From Escherichia coli (lineage in GTDB: Bacteria > Pseudomonadota > Gammaproteobacteria > Enterobacterales > Enterobacteriaceae), in the NCBI RefSeq assembly GCF_016026235.1, contig NZ_CP065613.1: DNA of 64,000 nucleotides; one strand, 5' to 3'. The notes under the pieces were generated by a model. That model saw only the letters and a list, made by a program, of their open reading frames with translations, was not told where the DNA came from and did not search any database. Position 1 is the stretch's first letter, and every line of letters begins with the position of its first letter. Positions 8,390 to 21,333 of this stretch are shown here, in pieces. A program made the translations under genes and the position numbers.

Positions 8390-11300
8390 ATGGCTAACTA
8401 TTTTATTGATCGCCCGGTTTTTGCCTGGGTACTTGCCATTATTATGATGCTTGCAGGTGGTCTGGCGATCATGAACTTACCGGTTGCGCAGTATCCGCAG
8501 ATTGCGCCACCGACCATTACCGTCAGCGCTACCTATCCAGGTGCCGATGCGCAAACGGTAGAAGACTCGGTCACTCAGGTGATTGAGCAAAATATGAATG
8601 GGCTTGATGGCCTGATGTACATGTCTTCAACCAGTGATGCGGCGGGTAATGCCTCTATCACTCTGACCTTCGAGACTGGGACATCTCCTGATATCGCACA
8701 GGTTCAGGTGCAAAATAAACTGCAACTCGCTATGCCTTCATTACCTGAAGCGGTGCAGCAGCAGGGGATTAGCGTTGATAAGTCGAGCAGTAATATTCTG
8801 ATGGTAGCGGCGTTTATTTCTGATAACGGCAGCCTCAACCAGTACGATATCGCGGACTATGTAGCGTCTAATATCAAAGACCCGCTAAGCCGTACCGCGG
8901 GCGTTGGTAGCGTACAGCTCTTTGGTTCCGAGTACGCCATGCGTATCTGGCTGGACCCGCAAAAACTCAATAAATACAATCTGGTACCTTCCGATGTTAT
9001 TTCCCAGATTAAGGTGCAAAACAACCAGATTTCCGGTGGTCAACTGGGTGGCATGCCACAGGCGGCAGACCAGCAACTAAACGCCTCGATCATTGTGCAG
9101 ACGCGTCTGCAAACGCCGGAAGAATTTGGCAAAATCCTGTTGAAAGTTCAGCAAGATGGTTCGCAAGTGCTGCTGCGTGATGTCGCCCGCGTCGAACTTG
9201 GAGCAGAAGATTATTCCACCGTGGCGCGCTATAACGGCAAACCTGCTGCCGGGATCGCCATCAAACTGGCTACCGGAGCAAACGCCCTGGATACCTCGCG
9301 GGCAGTCAAAGAGGAGCTGAACCGCTTATCAGCCTATTTCCCCGCAAGCCTGAAGACGGTTTATCCTTACGACACCACGCCGTTTATCGAAATTTCTATT
9401 CAGGAAGTTTTTAAAACACTGGTTGAGGCTATCATCCTCGTCTTCCTGGTCATGTATCTGTTTTTGCAGAATTTCCGTGCCACAATCATCCCGACGATTG
9501 CCGTACCGGTGGTTATTCTCGGGACGTTTGCGATCTTGTCGGCGGTCGGTTTCACCATCAACACGTTAACTATGTTCGGGATGGTGCTGGCGATAGGGTT
9601 ACTGGTGGATGACGCCATCGTGGTGGTGGAGAACGTCGAGCGTGTCATTGCGGAAGATAAGCTACCACCGAAGGAAGCGACGCATAAATCGATGGGGCAG
9701 ATCCAACGTGCGCTGGTCGGTATTGCTGTTGTTCTTTCCGCAGTGTTTATGCCGATGGCCTTTATGAGCGGCGCAACCGGGGAGATCTACCGCCAGTTCT
9801 CCATCACGCTGATCTCCTCCATGCTGCTTTCAGTATTTGTGGCAATGAGCCTGACCCCTGCCCTGTGCGCCACCATTCTGAAAGCCGCGCCGGAAGGCGG
9901 TCACAAACCTAACGCCCTGTTCGCACGCTTCAACACGCTGTTTGAAAAATCAACTCAGCACTATACCGATAGCACCCGCTCGCTGTTGCGTTGTACCGGT
10001 CGCTACATGGTGGTCTACCTGCTGATTTGCGCCGGGATGGCGGTGCTGTTCCTGCGTACACCGACCTCTTTCTTACCAGAAGAGGATCAGGGGGTATTTA
10101 TGACCACCGCGCAGTTACCTTCCGGTGCCACCATGGTTAACACCACGAAAGTGCTGCAACAGGTGACGGATTATTATCTTACAAAAGAGAAAGATAATGT
10201 TCAGTCGGTGTTTACCGTTGGCGGCTTTGGCTTCAGCGGCCAGGGGCAAAACAACGGCCTGGCGTTTATCAGTCTCAAGCCGTGGTCTGAACGTGTCGGT
10301 GAGGAAAACTCGGTTACCGCGATCATTCAGCGGGCAATGATTGCGTTAAGCAGTATCAATAAAGCCGTCGTCTTCCCGTTCAACTTACCCGCGGTGGCTG
10401 AACTGGGTACCGCGTCAGGTTTTGATATGGAACTGCTGGACAACGGTAACCTGGGGCACGAAAAACTAACCCAGGCACGAAACGAGCTGTTATCACTGGC
10501 AGCGCAATCGCCTGACCAGGTCACCGGGGTACGCCCGAACGGCCTGGAAGATACGCCGATGTTCAAAGTGAACGTCAACGCCGCGAAAGCTGAGGCAATG
10601 GGTGTGGCGCTGTCTGATATCAACCAGACAATTTCCACCGCCTTCGGCAGCAGCTACGTGAACGACTTCCTCAACCAGGGGCGGGTGAAAAAAGTGTATG
10701 TCCAGGCAGGCACGCCGTTCCGTATGTTGCCGGATAACATCAACCAATGGTATGTACGCAACGCCTCTGGCACGATGGCACCGATTTCTGCCTACTCGTC
10801 TACCGAATGGACCTATGGTTCACCGCGATTGGAACGCTACAACGGCATCCCGTCAATGGAGATTTTAGGTGAAGCGGCGGCCGGGAAAAGTACCGGTGAC
10901 GCTATGAAATTTATGGCAGACCTGGTCGCTAAACTTCCGGCAGGCGTCGGCTACTCATGGACCGGACTGTCGTATCAGGAAGCGTTATCCTCAAACCAGG
11001 CTCCTGCACTGTATGCCATTTCACTGGTCGTGGTGTTCCTCGCCCTCGCCGCACTCTATGAGAGCTGGTCAATTCCGTTCTCGGTGATGTTGGTTGTTCC
11101 GTTAGGCGTCGTTGGCGCATTACTGGCCACCGATCTGCGCGGCTTAAGTAATGACGTCTACTTCCAGGTTGGTTTGCTGACCACCATCGGGCTTTCCGCC
11201 AAGAACGCCATCCTGATTGTCGAATTTGCCGTTGAGATGATGCAGAAAGAAGGGAAAACGCCGATAGAGGCAATCATCGAAGCGGCGCGGATGCGTTTAC

Positions 11301-11503
11301 GCCCAATCCTGATGACCTCTCTGGCCTTTATTCTCGGCGTGCTGCCGCTGGTTATCAGTCATGGTGCCGGTTCTGGCGCGCAAAACGCGGTAGGTACCGG
11401 CGTGATGGGCGGGATGTTTGCCGCAACAGTGCTGGCAATTTACTTCGTTCCGGTCTTTTTCGTTGTAGTGGAACATCTCTTTGCCCGCTTTAAAAAAGCG
11501 TAA
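8390..11503 (+). CDS. mdtF: RND multidrug efflux permease MdtF
   Basis: 1037-aa 12-TM AcrB-family ORF; recalled identity. Confidence 0.9.
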   Translation: MANYFIDRPVFAWVLAIIMMLAGGLAIMNLPVAQYPQIAPPTITVSATYPGADAQTVEDSVTQVIEQNMNGLDGLMYMSSTSDAAGNASITLTFETGTSPDIAQVQVQNKLQLAMPSLPEAVQQQGISVDKSSSNILMVAAFISDNGSLNQYDIADYVASNIKDPLSRTAGVGSVQLFGSEYAMRIWLDPQKLNKYNLVPSDVISQIKVQNNQISGGQLGGMPQAADQQLNASIIVQTRLQTPEEFGKILLKVQQDGSQVLLRDVARVELGAEDYSTVARYNGKPAAGIAIKLATGANALDTSRAVKEELNRLSAYFPASLKTVYPYDTTPFIEISIQEVFKTLVEAIILVFLVMYLFLQNFRATIIPTIAVPVVILGTFAILSAVGFTINTLTMFGMVLAIGLLVDDAIVVVENVERVIAEDKLPPKEATHKSMGQIQRALVGIAVVLSAVFMPMAFMSGATGEIYRQFSITLISSMLLSVFVAMSLTPALCATILKAAPEGGHKPNALFARFNTLFEKSTQHYTDSTRSLLRCTGRYMVVYLLICAGMAVLFLRTPTSFLPEEDQGVFMTTAQLPSGATMVNTTKVLQQVTDYYLTKEKDNVQSVFTVGGFGFSGQGQNNGLAFISLKPWSERVGEENSVTAIIQRAMIALSSINKAVVFPFNLPAVAELGTASGFDMELLDNGNLGHEKLTQARNELLSLAAQSPDQVTGVRPNGLEDTPMFKVNVNAAKAEAMGVALSDINQTISTAFGSSYVNDFLNQGRVKKVYVQAGTPFRMLPDNINQWYVRNASGTMAPISAYSSTEWTYGSPRLERYNGIPSMEILGEAAAGKSTGDAMKFMADLVAKLPAGVGYSWTGLSYQEALSSNQAPALYAISLVVVFLALAALYESWSIPFSVMLVVPLGVVGALLATDLRGLSNDVYFQVGLLTTIGLSAKNAILIVEFAVEMMQKEGKTPIEAIIEAARMRLRPILMTSLAFILGVLPLVISHGAGSGAQNAVGTGVMGGMFAATVLAIYFVPVFFVVVEHLFARFKKA

Positions 11504-11513
11504 CGTGTAAATG

Positions 11514-11549
11514 AGAGTAAGGTTGAACGTGAAGGTTCAGCCTTACTCT
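11514..11549 (+). terminator. hairpin terminator after mdtF
   Basis: stem agagtaaggttgaac/gttcagccttactct followed by tttcc, 11 nt past the mdtF stop. Confidence 0.45.
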
Positions 11550-11865
11550 TTCCTGCTAACCATTCACCACTCAACAACCAGCTAACCGTCAGGAATACCA
11601 GGCTTAGTACACAGCACTGAAAGTAGAAACCACTCCAGCCATTCGTCATCAATTTGAACAGCACAATACTGACCCACATTCCCGTAATTGTATGAATTGT
11701 CAGCTTAATAATCCCAAACATGCCGAGTCTTTTCCTCCTGAAAATACCTATACCGCCTGGCAAACTGCGAAAGAGAACTAGCCGGTAGCCCGGCAGAAAT
11801 CATCAGGGAAGAGTTTCACATGAAGCAGGTGTGAGATCCTGACCAATATTCAAATGCAAAATATG

Positions 11866-12594
11866 TCAGGAAAAGGTACCTGGCGAATGTTGCGCAAACT
11901 GATGTGGCGTTACACCATAATATTGTCGAAATGTGTTTATAAAGTACGACGTACTGCTATAGCCACATTTTTCTGCAATAGTATGCAGAGGAATTTGACG
12001 TAACTCGAGTAATCGTCTGGCCATCGACATCCTGGAGGCGAGTAATATTTTACTGAAACAGGTATTTTCATCCTGCAACTTTTTTTTGATGAGACTCTCG
12101 CTGGTATACATTCTTTCCGCGATATCGCGCAGATACCAACGTTTGGCGATATCAAAGCTAATAAGGCGTTCAACTTTTCCTGAAACAGTGCTGATGCTAT
12201 TGAAAAGTAAGGGGATCAGTTCTTTCTTATGAGAAAACATCGATAAACAGGAAAGGTAGAGCATATTGCTCAGTATCGGTGAATTTACCCCGGATTCATT
12301 GAAGCTATCAAAAATCGCCGTCACCAGCGGCATGGGGGGTGACTGGTTAATTAATAGACGGTCTTTGCTATGTAACCCTAAATTGCGTGGTAGCTGACGA
12401 ATATTTTGTAAGTAATGGCAAACTGTCAGCTCATCGATATCCAGTCGTCGCGTATCCGGTGAACAAAACGCAAAATCGTCTGCCAAATTTTTCTCCAGCA
12501 GCACGATACTCTCGTTATGCAGCGATATTTTATGCTGTTCATGATAAATATCGAATGAACGACGAATGAGGATCACCGAGCAGACATGAGTCAT
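11866..12594 (-). CDS. gadW: AraC-family regulator GadW
   Basis: 242-aa ORF with C-terminal AraC HTH; recalled identity. Confidence 0.9.
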   Translation of the reverse strand: MTHVCSVILIRRSFDIYHEQHKISLHNESIVLLEKNLADDFAFCSPDTRRLDIDELTVCHYLQNIRQLPRNLGLHSKDRLLINQSPPMPLVTAIFDSFNESGVNSPILSNMLYLSCLSMFSHKKELIPLLFNSISTVSGKVERLISFDIAKRWYLRDIAERMYTSESLIKKKLQDENTCFSKILLASRMSMARRLLELRQIPLHTIAEKCGYSSTSYFINTFRQYYGVTPHQFAQHSPGTFS

Positions 12595-12839
12595 GATTAT
12601 CCCTTATATTTCATACTGCGATTATTTCAATTTCAGTATACTAATGAAATGTTGCCAGACTGTTTCTTAGCGCAAAAACTGCCAGATTTGGTAGGACCAA
12701 AATTTATCCACAAAGTAGTTTTGCATAACAGTTAATTGATAATAAGTAAATGCAGCACGAATATATTTTCGCACAGCGTATAGCTTATGTTTATAAAAAA
12801 ATGGCTGATCTTATTTCCAGTAAAAGTTATATTTAACTT

Positions 12840-12945
12840 ACTGAGAGCACAAAGTTTCCCGTGCCAACAGGGAGTGTTATAACGGTTTATTAGTCTGGAG
12901 ACGGCAGACTATCCTCTTCCCGGTCCCCTATGCCGGGTTTTTTTT
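12840..12945 (+). ncRNA. gadY: small RNA GadY (cis-antisense to gadX 3' end)
   Basis: sequence ACTGAGAGCACAAAGTTTCCCGTGCC...CCGGTCCCCTATGCCGGGTTTTTTTT recognised from memory of GadY; ends in an intrinsic terminator hairpin plus T8; lies between gadW and gadX on the strand opposite gadX. Confidence 0.8.
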
Positions 12946-12961
12946 ATGTCTGAGTAAAATT

Positions 12962-13786
12962 CTATAATCTTATTCCTTCCGCAGAACGGTCAGTGCCGTA
13001 AAAATTTCCTTGCGCAACAATACTTGCCGCCGAGTCACGGTTCGGCAATCCCTGCGCCGATCGCTCCTGATACTCTGTGGGCGTCATCCCATAATAATTT
13101 CGAAAGACGTAAATGAAATACGACACGCTGTGATATCCACAGGACACTGCGACTCGCTTAATTGAAAAGCCATGTATAACAATAAGTTGCAAAGCACGTT
13201 GCATTCTACACTCAGTAAGCAACTGTGAATATGATGTCTCTTCTTCGCGCAATTTTTTCTTTAACAGGCTTGGACTCATCAACAGCTCGCTGGCGATTCG
13301 GGCTAGTGTCCACTCATGGGCGATATTATTATTGATAACCGTACAAACTCTTGTTCGCATGTTCGGTTGCAAAACGTTCAAAAGCAGCGGTATAAAGTGC
13401 TCATCCTCAAGAAAAACAGATAACAACGCAAAGATTAATGCTCTTTTACGTAGCATTTCTGCATAGCGAAGATTCTTATTCTGCGATAGTTGCGCAACTT
13501 CCTGAAAAACAGGAATATCTCTGCTACAGTGATGAACGAGTAATGAAGAAATTTTTTTATGTGCATGAAGATTTAATGCCTCCTCCTTGAGCATCGGCAG
13601 AAATAATGAAAGCGTATCCCTTGATACTAATACAAAATTTTCAACACACTTATCTACTCGAATTTGGCTTGCATCCGCAAAAACCAGGTCACCGCCATTA
13701 AAATAGCGATATTCACCATTAACCATGGTGAGAATATATTTATGTCTTGCGTACGCAATTAGACAATTCCCATGTAATGATTGCAT
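12962..13786 (-). CDS. gadX: AraC-family regulator GadX
   Basis: 274-aa ORF; recalled identity; adjacent to gadA. Confidence 0.9.
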   Translation of the reverse strand: MQSLHGNCLIAYARHKYILTMVNGEYRYFNGGDLVFADASQIRVDKCVENFVLVSRDTLSLFLPMLKEEALNLHAHKKISSLLVHHCSRDIPVFQEVAQLSQNKNLRYAEMLRKRALIFALLSVFLEDEHFIPLLLNVLQPNMRTRVCTVINNNIAHEWTLARIASELLMSPSLLKKKLREEETSYSQLLTECRMQRALQLIVIHGFSIKRVAVSCGYHSVSYFIYVFRNYYGMTPTEYQERSAQGLPNRDSAASIVAQGNFYGTDRSAEGIRL

Positions 13787-14095
13787 AGTTGACTTAATAT
13801 TACATAAACATATTACTGTTAATTAATGTAGCACGCCGCCCTCTTAAGTCAAATTGATTGATAAATAAATTTAAACGAAGCGGGAGAACAGGATGATAAT
13901 GTGTGATGTTCTACGGGCAGGATGACTGGATTTATAATACAAAAACGTGTTTAAGAACGCAGTGAAATTAATAGCAAGCAAATAATCCCTTTTCGTGACA
14001 TTAAAGGCAATCGCTACATTTAATAAACATTCATATAACATATATCTTATCAACACGATGAATAGACAGCCAATATATTATTGCGATTAATAAGC

Positions 14096-14140
14096 AACCG
14101 AATGCCCAGCTGTTTTTTTAAAGGCTGGGCATTCGGTTTT
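14096..14140 (-). terminator. hairpin terminator downstream of gadA
   Basis: 15-bp stem aaccgaatgcccagc/gctgggcattcggtt with T-runs, within 60 nt of the gadA stop. Confidence 0.5.
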
Positions 14141-14155
14141 TACAACGTTATGTTA

Positions 14156-15556
14156 TCAGGTGTGTTTAAAGCTGTTCTGCTGGGCAATACCCTGCAGTTT
14201 CGGGTGATCGCTGAGATATTTCAGGGAGGCTTTGTAGTCTTCCAGCAACAGTTCAGCAAAGTCCATTTCGAAGCCGCGACGACACATAATGCGCATCACC
14301 ACGATGTCGGTGGCTTCACCGCCGAGAGTGAAGGCCGGAACCTGCCAGCCGCGCAGACGCAGACGTTCAGAGAGGTCGTACAGGGTGTATCCCGGATCTT
14401 CACCATCTTTCAGTTTGAAGCAAACCGCCGGGATGCCTTCGTCCGGGCGACCCGTACAGATGAACTCATACGGCCCCAGTTTGGCGATTTCATCCGCCAG
14501 ATAAGCGGCAACCTGGTAAGAGGCGTTCTGTACTTTGGTGTAGCCTTCACGACCGAGGCGCAGGAATTCATAGTACTGTGCAATTACCTGATCCGCCGGG
14601 CGGGAGAAGTTGATGGCAAAAGTACCAATTTGACCACCCAGGTAGTCAACGTTGAACACCAGTTCCTGCGGCAGCGCTTCTTCGTCACGCCAGATAACCC
14701 AGCCGCAGCCCAGCGGAGCCAGACCGAATTTATGGCCTGAAGCACTGATCGATTTCACACGCGGCAGGCGGAAGTCCCAGACGATATCCGGGGCGACGAA
14801 CGGTGCCAGGAAGCCACCGCTGGCAGCGTCGATGTGCATGTCGATGTCGATACCGGTGTCGGCCTGGAATTTATCCAGCGCATCGTGCAGCGGTTGTGGG
14901 AACTCATAGTTACCGGTGTAGGTCACGCCGAAAGTCGGCACCACGCCGATGGTGTTTTCGTCACAGGCTTCAATCATGCGTTTCGGGTCCATAAACAACT
15001 GACCGGGGCGCATAGGGATCTCACGCAGCTCCACATCCCAGTAGCGGGCGAATTTATGCCAGCAGATTTGTACCGGACCGCACACCAGGTTTGGTTTATC
15101 CGTTGGTTTGCCTGCAGCTTCCATACGCTTGCGCCAACGCCATTTCATCGCCATCCCGCCGAGCATACAGGCCTCGGAAGAACCAATGGTGTTGGTGCCA
15201 ACGGCCTGACCATTTTTCGGCGCAGGCGCATGCCACAGATCGGCAACCATATTTACGCAACGCAGGTCGATGGCTGCGGATTGCGGATATTCTTCTTTGT
15301 CGATCCAGTTTTTATTGATCGACAAATCCATCAATTTATGGACGTTTTCGTCGTCCCAGGTCTGGCAGAAAGTGGCCAGGTTCTGACGAGCGTTGCCATC
15401 AAGATATAATTCATCATTGATAATCTGGAATGCGACATCATCGCGCATTTCGTGCAGCGGAAATCGTTTTGACTCCGCGATAGTAGAAATGGCCTTTGCG
15501 CCAAAACGTGAATCGAGTAGTTCTGAGCGGAAATCCGTTAACAGCTTCTGGTCCAT
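14156..15556 (-). CDS. gadA: glutamate decarboxylase alpha (PLP-dependent)
   Basis: 466-aa ORF from ATG 15556 ([10 protein letters not shown]...); called gadA rather than gadB because it adjoins gadX. Confidence 0.9.
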   Translation of the reverse strand: MDQKLLTDFRSELLDSRFGAKAISTIAESKRFPLHEMRDDVAFQIINDELYLDGNARQNLATFCQTWDDENVHKLMDLSINKNWIDKEEYPQSAAIDLRCVNMVADLWHAPAPKNGQAVGTNTIGSSEACMLGGMAMKWRWRKRMEAAGKPTDKPNLVCGPVQICWHKFARYWDVELREIPMRPGQLFMDPKRMIEACDENTIGVVPTFGVTYTGNYEFPQPLHDALDKFQADTGIDIDMHIDAASGGFLAPFVAPDIVWDFRLPRVKSISASGHKFGLAPLGCGWVIWRDEEALPQELVFNVDYLGGQIGTFAINFSRPADQVIAQYYEFLRLGREGYTKVQNASYQVAAYLADEIAKLGPYEFICTGRPDEGIPAVCFKLKDGEDPGYTLYDLSERLRLRGWQVPAFTLGGEATDIVVMRIMCRRGFEMDFAELLLEDYKASLKYLSDHPKLQGIAQQNSFKHT

Positions 15557-15634
15557 TTCGAACTCCTTAAATTTATTTGAAGGCAATAAAAAGTAGGATT
15601 TATCCGCAATGGAAGCAAGGCATTACAGGCTTAA

Positions 15635-15654
15635 TTTAAATAACAAAATCCTAA
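15635..15654 (-). promoter_or_regulatory. GAD box (GadE/GadX-W binding element) upstream of gadA
   Basis: minus-strand sequence TTAGGATTTTGTTATTTAAA seen, matching the recalled 20-bp GAD box consensus. Confidence 0.7.
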
Positions 15655-15765
15655 GCAGAAAAACGACTTTTTATAATATAAACATTTAACATGATAATAT
15701 TAAAAACAGACTTTATTATCGTAATAAAAATCGCCCAAACATTCCTGTTCGGGCGATCAAATTAA

Positions 15766-17163
15766 TTATTGTTTATCCTGCATATACGGCGTGTACACCC
15801 CGTTCAGACTGTGCAGGAAAGCTACGATATCATCCACATCCTCCTGCGGCAGCTCTTTGCCTACCTGATAGCGCAGCATCAGTTTCACCGCCCCGTCCAG
15901 CGTCGGCACGTCACCGCGATGGAAGTACGGTGCCGTTAAAGCAACGTTACGTAAACCGGGTACTTTCTGACGCAATTTATCACGCTCTTCTTTAGTCACA
16001 TTCATACGACCAATATCCGCCGCCGTAATTTCCCCAAAGTTAAAGTCTTTTTTCAGCCCCAACGGTTCAAAGGAACGTCCACCGAGAATAATACCACCAT
16101 GACAAGTTGCACATTTATTATCTTTAAATAATTGATAGCCTTTTTTCTGTTGCGCCGTCAGCGCATTTTCATCTCCACGCAACCATTTATCAAATGGGGA
16201 ATCCGGCGTAATTAATGTTTTCTCAAATTCAGCAATGGCATCAGTAATATTTTCGCCACTGAAACCTTGCGGATAGACGCCGAGGAACTGCGCTTTAAGC
16301 TGCGGATCTTTTTCCAGCTTAGCAATAATTTCGTCCCAGGATTTCGACGCCATTTCAATCGGGTTCAACGGCGGTCCACCAGCCTGATCCTGCAATGTTG
16401 CCGCACGACCATCCCAGAACTGCTCAACGTTAAATACTGAGTTAAATACCGTCGGCGCGTTAATCGGCCCAACTGCGCCACCAACACCAATCGATGTTTT
16501 TCTGCCATCGACGCCCCCCGCATTCAACGCATGGCAATGAGCGCATGAAATGGTGCTATCAGCCGATAAACGGGGATCGTGATACAGCGCAAAGCCCAAC
16601 GCCACTTTTTGCGCATCGGTAGGCAGTTTTTGCGGGATGGGCTGCACCGGTTCATTGCGATGCTCCGGAGCAGTATCATTGCTGGCGTAATATTCCGCGC
16701 GCTGTTTTGCAATCCAGGCCAGTATTTCCGCCCGCTCTTCATCACTCACCTTACCCGCCCAGTGTAGCGCGGTATAACGCGTTGGTGGCATAGTTTCATA
16801 CTGCATCACCCATTCAATCTTATTCAGATCGCTTTGCGAAACGGGTTTATCAGCCAGCAGTGCCGCACGCACGGCCTCGAGGTTAAAAGATTTATATCCA
16901 AGCTTAATGTCGTAATCCATCAACTGTTTCGCGCCAGGAATATAATAATAGGCGGGTAATTCTGCCGAAGGCGTGTGGCAATAGTCGCATCCTTTTTCGC
17001 GGAGAAAGCCTAAAACCTTATTATTTTCACTGACAGCAGATGCCTGAACATCGGCCTGTTTACTGCGTTTATTATCGTGGTACCACACATAACCAGATAA
17101 CCCTAAATAGCAAATCGCGACGCCAGCCAGGCCGATCGCGGTAATACGTGAGACCATTTTCAT
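15766..17163 (-). CDS. yhjA: di-heme cytochrome c peroxidase YhjA
   Basis: 465-aa ORF with three CxxCH heme motifs visible (CDYCH, CAHCH, CATCH) and N-terminal TM anchor. Confidence 0.85.
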   Translation of the reverse strand: MKMVSRITAIGLAGVAICYLGLSGYVWYHDNKRSKQADVQASAVSENNKVLGFLREKGCDYCHTPSAELPAYYYIPGAKQLMDYDIKLGYKSFNLEAVRAALLADKPVSQSDLNKIEWVMQYETMPPTRYTALHWAGKVSDEERAEILAWIAKQRAEYYASNDTAPEHRNEPVQPIPQKLPTDAQKVALGFALYHDPRLSADSTISCAHCHALNAGGVDGRKTSIGVGGAVGPINAPTVFNSVFNVEQFWDGRAATLQDQAGGPPLNPIEMASKSWDEIIAKLEKDPQLKAQFLGVYPQGFSGENITDAIAEFEKTLITPDSPFDKWLRGDENALTAQQKKGYQLFKDNKCATCHGGIILGGRSFEPLGLKKDFNFGEITAADIGRMNVTKEERDKLRQKVPGLRNVALTAPYFHRGDVPTLDGAVKLMLRYQVGKELPQEDVDDIVAFLHSLNGVYTPYMQDKQ

Positions 17164-17270
17164 TATTCTTCCCTCACGGTGGTGAGTTATTGTGACCCAG
17201 AAAATTTTCCAGAATGCTGCAAACGTCTCTGCGAGACAAAGCCATCATAAAAAACAGTGAGATACGCTTT

Positions 17271-17284
17271 TTGATAGGAATCAA
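17271..17284 (-). promoter_or_regulatory. FNR-type box TTGAT-N4-ATCAA upstream of yhjA
   Basis: perfect TTGATAGGAATCAA palindrome seen about 110 bp upstream of the yhjA start codon; yhjA is known to be FNR-activated. Confidence 0.5.
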
Positions 17285-17537
17285 TCAATTACATGAATAT
17301 AAACTATCAATAAGATAGCCTGTGCCTATTACCCAGATCAGGAATGGCATATCATGATTGCGGCGAGAGCAGGATTGAATGTTCTGAAAATGAAAAACAA
17401 CACGAAATCCGTATTTTTATAAATTCCATGGATATTAGTGCGTTATATTTTTTGACAGGTTAATAAACGTGATCCACCGCACGCTTTGTCGCCCACCAGG
17501 CGGAGCGAATGACTACCCTTAAAGAAAAGCCCGATAA

Positions 17538-19217
<1,680 letters not shown>

Positions 19218-19221
19218 TATT

Positions 19222-19258
19222 TTTACAGCCAGCCGCTAACTTCCTGCTGGCTGTAAAA
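19222..19258. terminator. hairpin between convergent treF and yhjB
   Basis: stem tttacagccagc/gctggctgtaaa seen directly after the treF stop. Confidence 0.45.
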
Positions 19259-19267
19259 TTATCCTCT

Positions 19268-19870
19268 TCAGGAGGAGATATTTAACATCATTGCCGCCTG
19301 GGTGCGATTTTTCACTTCCAGACGGCGATACAGGGATTCCAGATGCGCTTTTACCGTTCCGGTACTGATATTCAGCGCTCTGCCGATCTCCTTATTTGAT
19401 TCGCCCGCCGCTAACATGGTTAAAATCTCCCGCTGGCGGGCGCTTAACGATTTGAGATCTTTAATGTCCTTTTCCGGCGTCGTCCGCCAGTCTCTAGGCA
19501 GAAACATCATCCCCATCGCCGCACTATTTACCGCCAACGCAAATGTCTCGACGGTTGAATCACGAGGCACAATGGCCAGCACATTAAAATGGATAACTTC
19601 CTGTAACCACCGTTTATTGCAATCCGTCGCCGTGATTAACACCTTAACCTCAGGAAACTGCACCACGGTTTTTTGCAGCAACCAGTAGCAAAACTCACCA
19701 TCCTGATCGCCATCGAGCATAACTAAGGCTTCAGGGTAACTTTCCAGCTTTTGCCATAACTCGTCTGCCTGACTGGCCCCCTGAATACTCACTCCTGGAA
19801 TACGCTGCTGTAAACTGATTTTCATTCCATGAATAAATATTGACTGCCTGTCAAACATGACTATTTGCAT
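19268..19870 (-). CDS. yhjB: LuxR-family response-regulator-like protein YhjB
   Basis: 200-aa ORF with C-terminal LuxR HTH; synteny. Confidence 0.8.
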   Translation of the reverse strand: MQIVMFDRQSIFIHGMKISLQQRIPGVSIQGASQADELWQKLESYPEALVMLDGDQDGEFCYWLLQKTVVQFPEVKVLITATDCNKRWLQEVIHFNVLAIVPRDSTVETFALAVNSAAMGMMFLPRDWRTTPEKDIKDLKSLSARQREILTMLAAGESNKEIGRALNISTGTVKAHLESLYRRLEVKNRTQAAMMLNISS

Positions 19871-20389
19871 AACTGAATCTCCACCTGAATACGTTAAAAA
19901 GACTTAAGTAGTGGAAGGGTATTACCCGCGAGAAAAAATAAGAATTCGCCATTTGGCGGTGGCCATTCTACAGAGATGACGCGTAGAAAATAGTTACCGA
20001 TATAAATAGTTACAGCTAAACGCCTGAAATTACATGTCGAGGGCACTATTTAAAACAATTTTGAGGATTTCCTTATATTGGTGGTTAGTACGCATGCAAT
20101 TAAAAATGAAACTCCGCGACCACAAGCAAAAATAACAAACGGCAATGAGACAAAAATAAGCACAAATAGCCAACACGTCCTCTATTCACTTTAAAGGGAA
20201 TCGCTGAAAAATACGCTCTGTTTAGGGGGATTCACCTTTCTCAGAAAGCTATTCCGCCCTTTTCCTGCTGAGAAATCGCCACATTCGTCATGACAACATT
20301 GTGAAACCCGGCATTAGATGTTAGAAAAAACAATAAACAATGCGATATGCGCGTTACTGTTTCGCTGTGAACAACAATCGGTCAAAGAA

Positions 20390-21265
20390 ATGGATAAAAT
20401 TCACGCAATGCAGTTGTTCATCAAAGTCGCGGAGCTGGAAAGTTTTTCCCGCGCGGCGGATTTCTTTGCTTTGCCAAAAGGAAGTGTTTCGCGCCAGATA
20501 CAGGCACTGGAACATCAACTTGGCACCCAGCTTCTCCAGCGCACCACGCGACGGGTCAAACTCACGCCAGAAGGCATGACCTATTATCAACGAGCAAAAG
20601 ATGTGTTGAGTAATCTCAGCGAACTGGACGGTCTGTTTCAACAGGATGCCACCAGTATCAGCGGTAAATTACGCATCGACATCCCGCCAGGAATCGCGAA
20701 AAGCCTGTTACTGCCGCGCCTGTCGGAATTTCTCTATCTGCATCCGGGAATTGAGCTGGAACTGAGTAGCCATGACCGTCCGGTAGATATTCTTCATGAT
20801 GGTTTTGATTGCGTGATACGCACTGGCGCGTTACCGGAAGATGGCGTTATCGCCCGTCCCCTCGGCAAACTGACCATGGTCAACTGTGCCAGTCCGCACT
20901 ATCTGACGCGCTTTGGTTATCCGCAAAGCCCCGATGATCTGACTTCACACGCAATAGTGCGTTATACACCGCACCTGGGTGTACATCCGTTAGGTTTTGA
21001 GGTTGCCAGCGTTAATGGCGTCCAGTGGTTTAAGTCTGGCGGCATGTTGACGGTAAACAGTAGCGAAAACTATCTCGCCGCCGGTCTTGCCGGTCTGGGG
21101 ATTATTCAGATCCCGCGCATTGCCGTGCGCGAAGCCCTGCGTGCCGGGCGGCTTATTGAAGTGTTGCCAGGCTACCGTGCCGAGCCGCTCTCCCTTTCGC
21201 TGGTTTACCCGCAGCGTCGGGAGCTTTCCCGGCGTGTAAACCTGTTTATGCAGTGGCTGGCGTAA
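20390..21265 (+). CDS. yhjC: LysR-family transcriptional regulator YhjC
   Basis: ORF with N-terminal LysR HTH; start placed at ATG 20390 (MDKIHAMQLF...), true start uncertain (track ORF begins at 20318). Confidence 0.75.
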   Translation: MDKIHAMQLFIKVAELESFSRAADFFALPKGSVSRQIQALEHQLGTQLLQRTTRRVKLTPEGMTYYQRAKDVLSNLSELDGLFQQDATSISGKLRIDIPPGIAKSLLLPRLSEFLYLHPGIELELSSHDRPVDILHDGFDCVIRTGALPEDGVIARPLGKLTMVNCASPHYLTRFGYPQSPDDLTSHAIVRYTPHLGVHPLGFEVASVNGVQWFKSGGMLTVNSSENYLAAGLAGLGIIQIPRIAVREALRAGRLIEVLPGYRAEPLSLSLVYPQRRELSRRVNLFMQWLA

Positions 21266-21333
21266 TGAAAGAGCACCTGGACTGACCGACTATACTTTTT
21301 AAGAATGACCACGACAGAAGGACAAAAGAGCGG

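Noticed and set aside
14081-14740. 219-aa plus-strand ORF antisense to gadA
   Set aside because: Contained within the well-supported gadA gene; no independent support.
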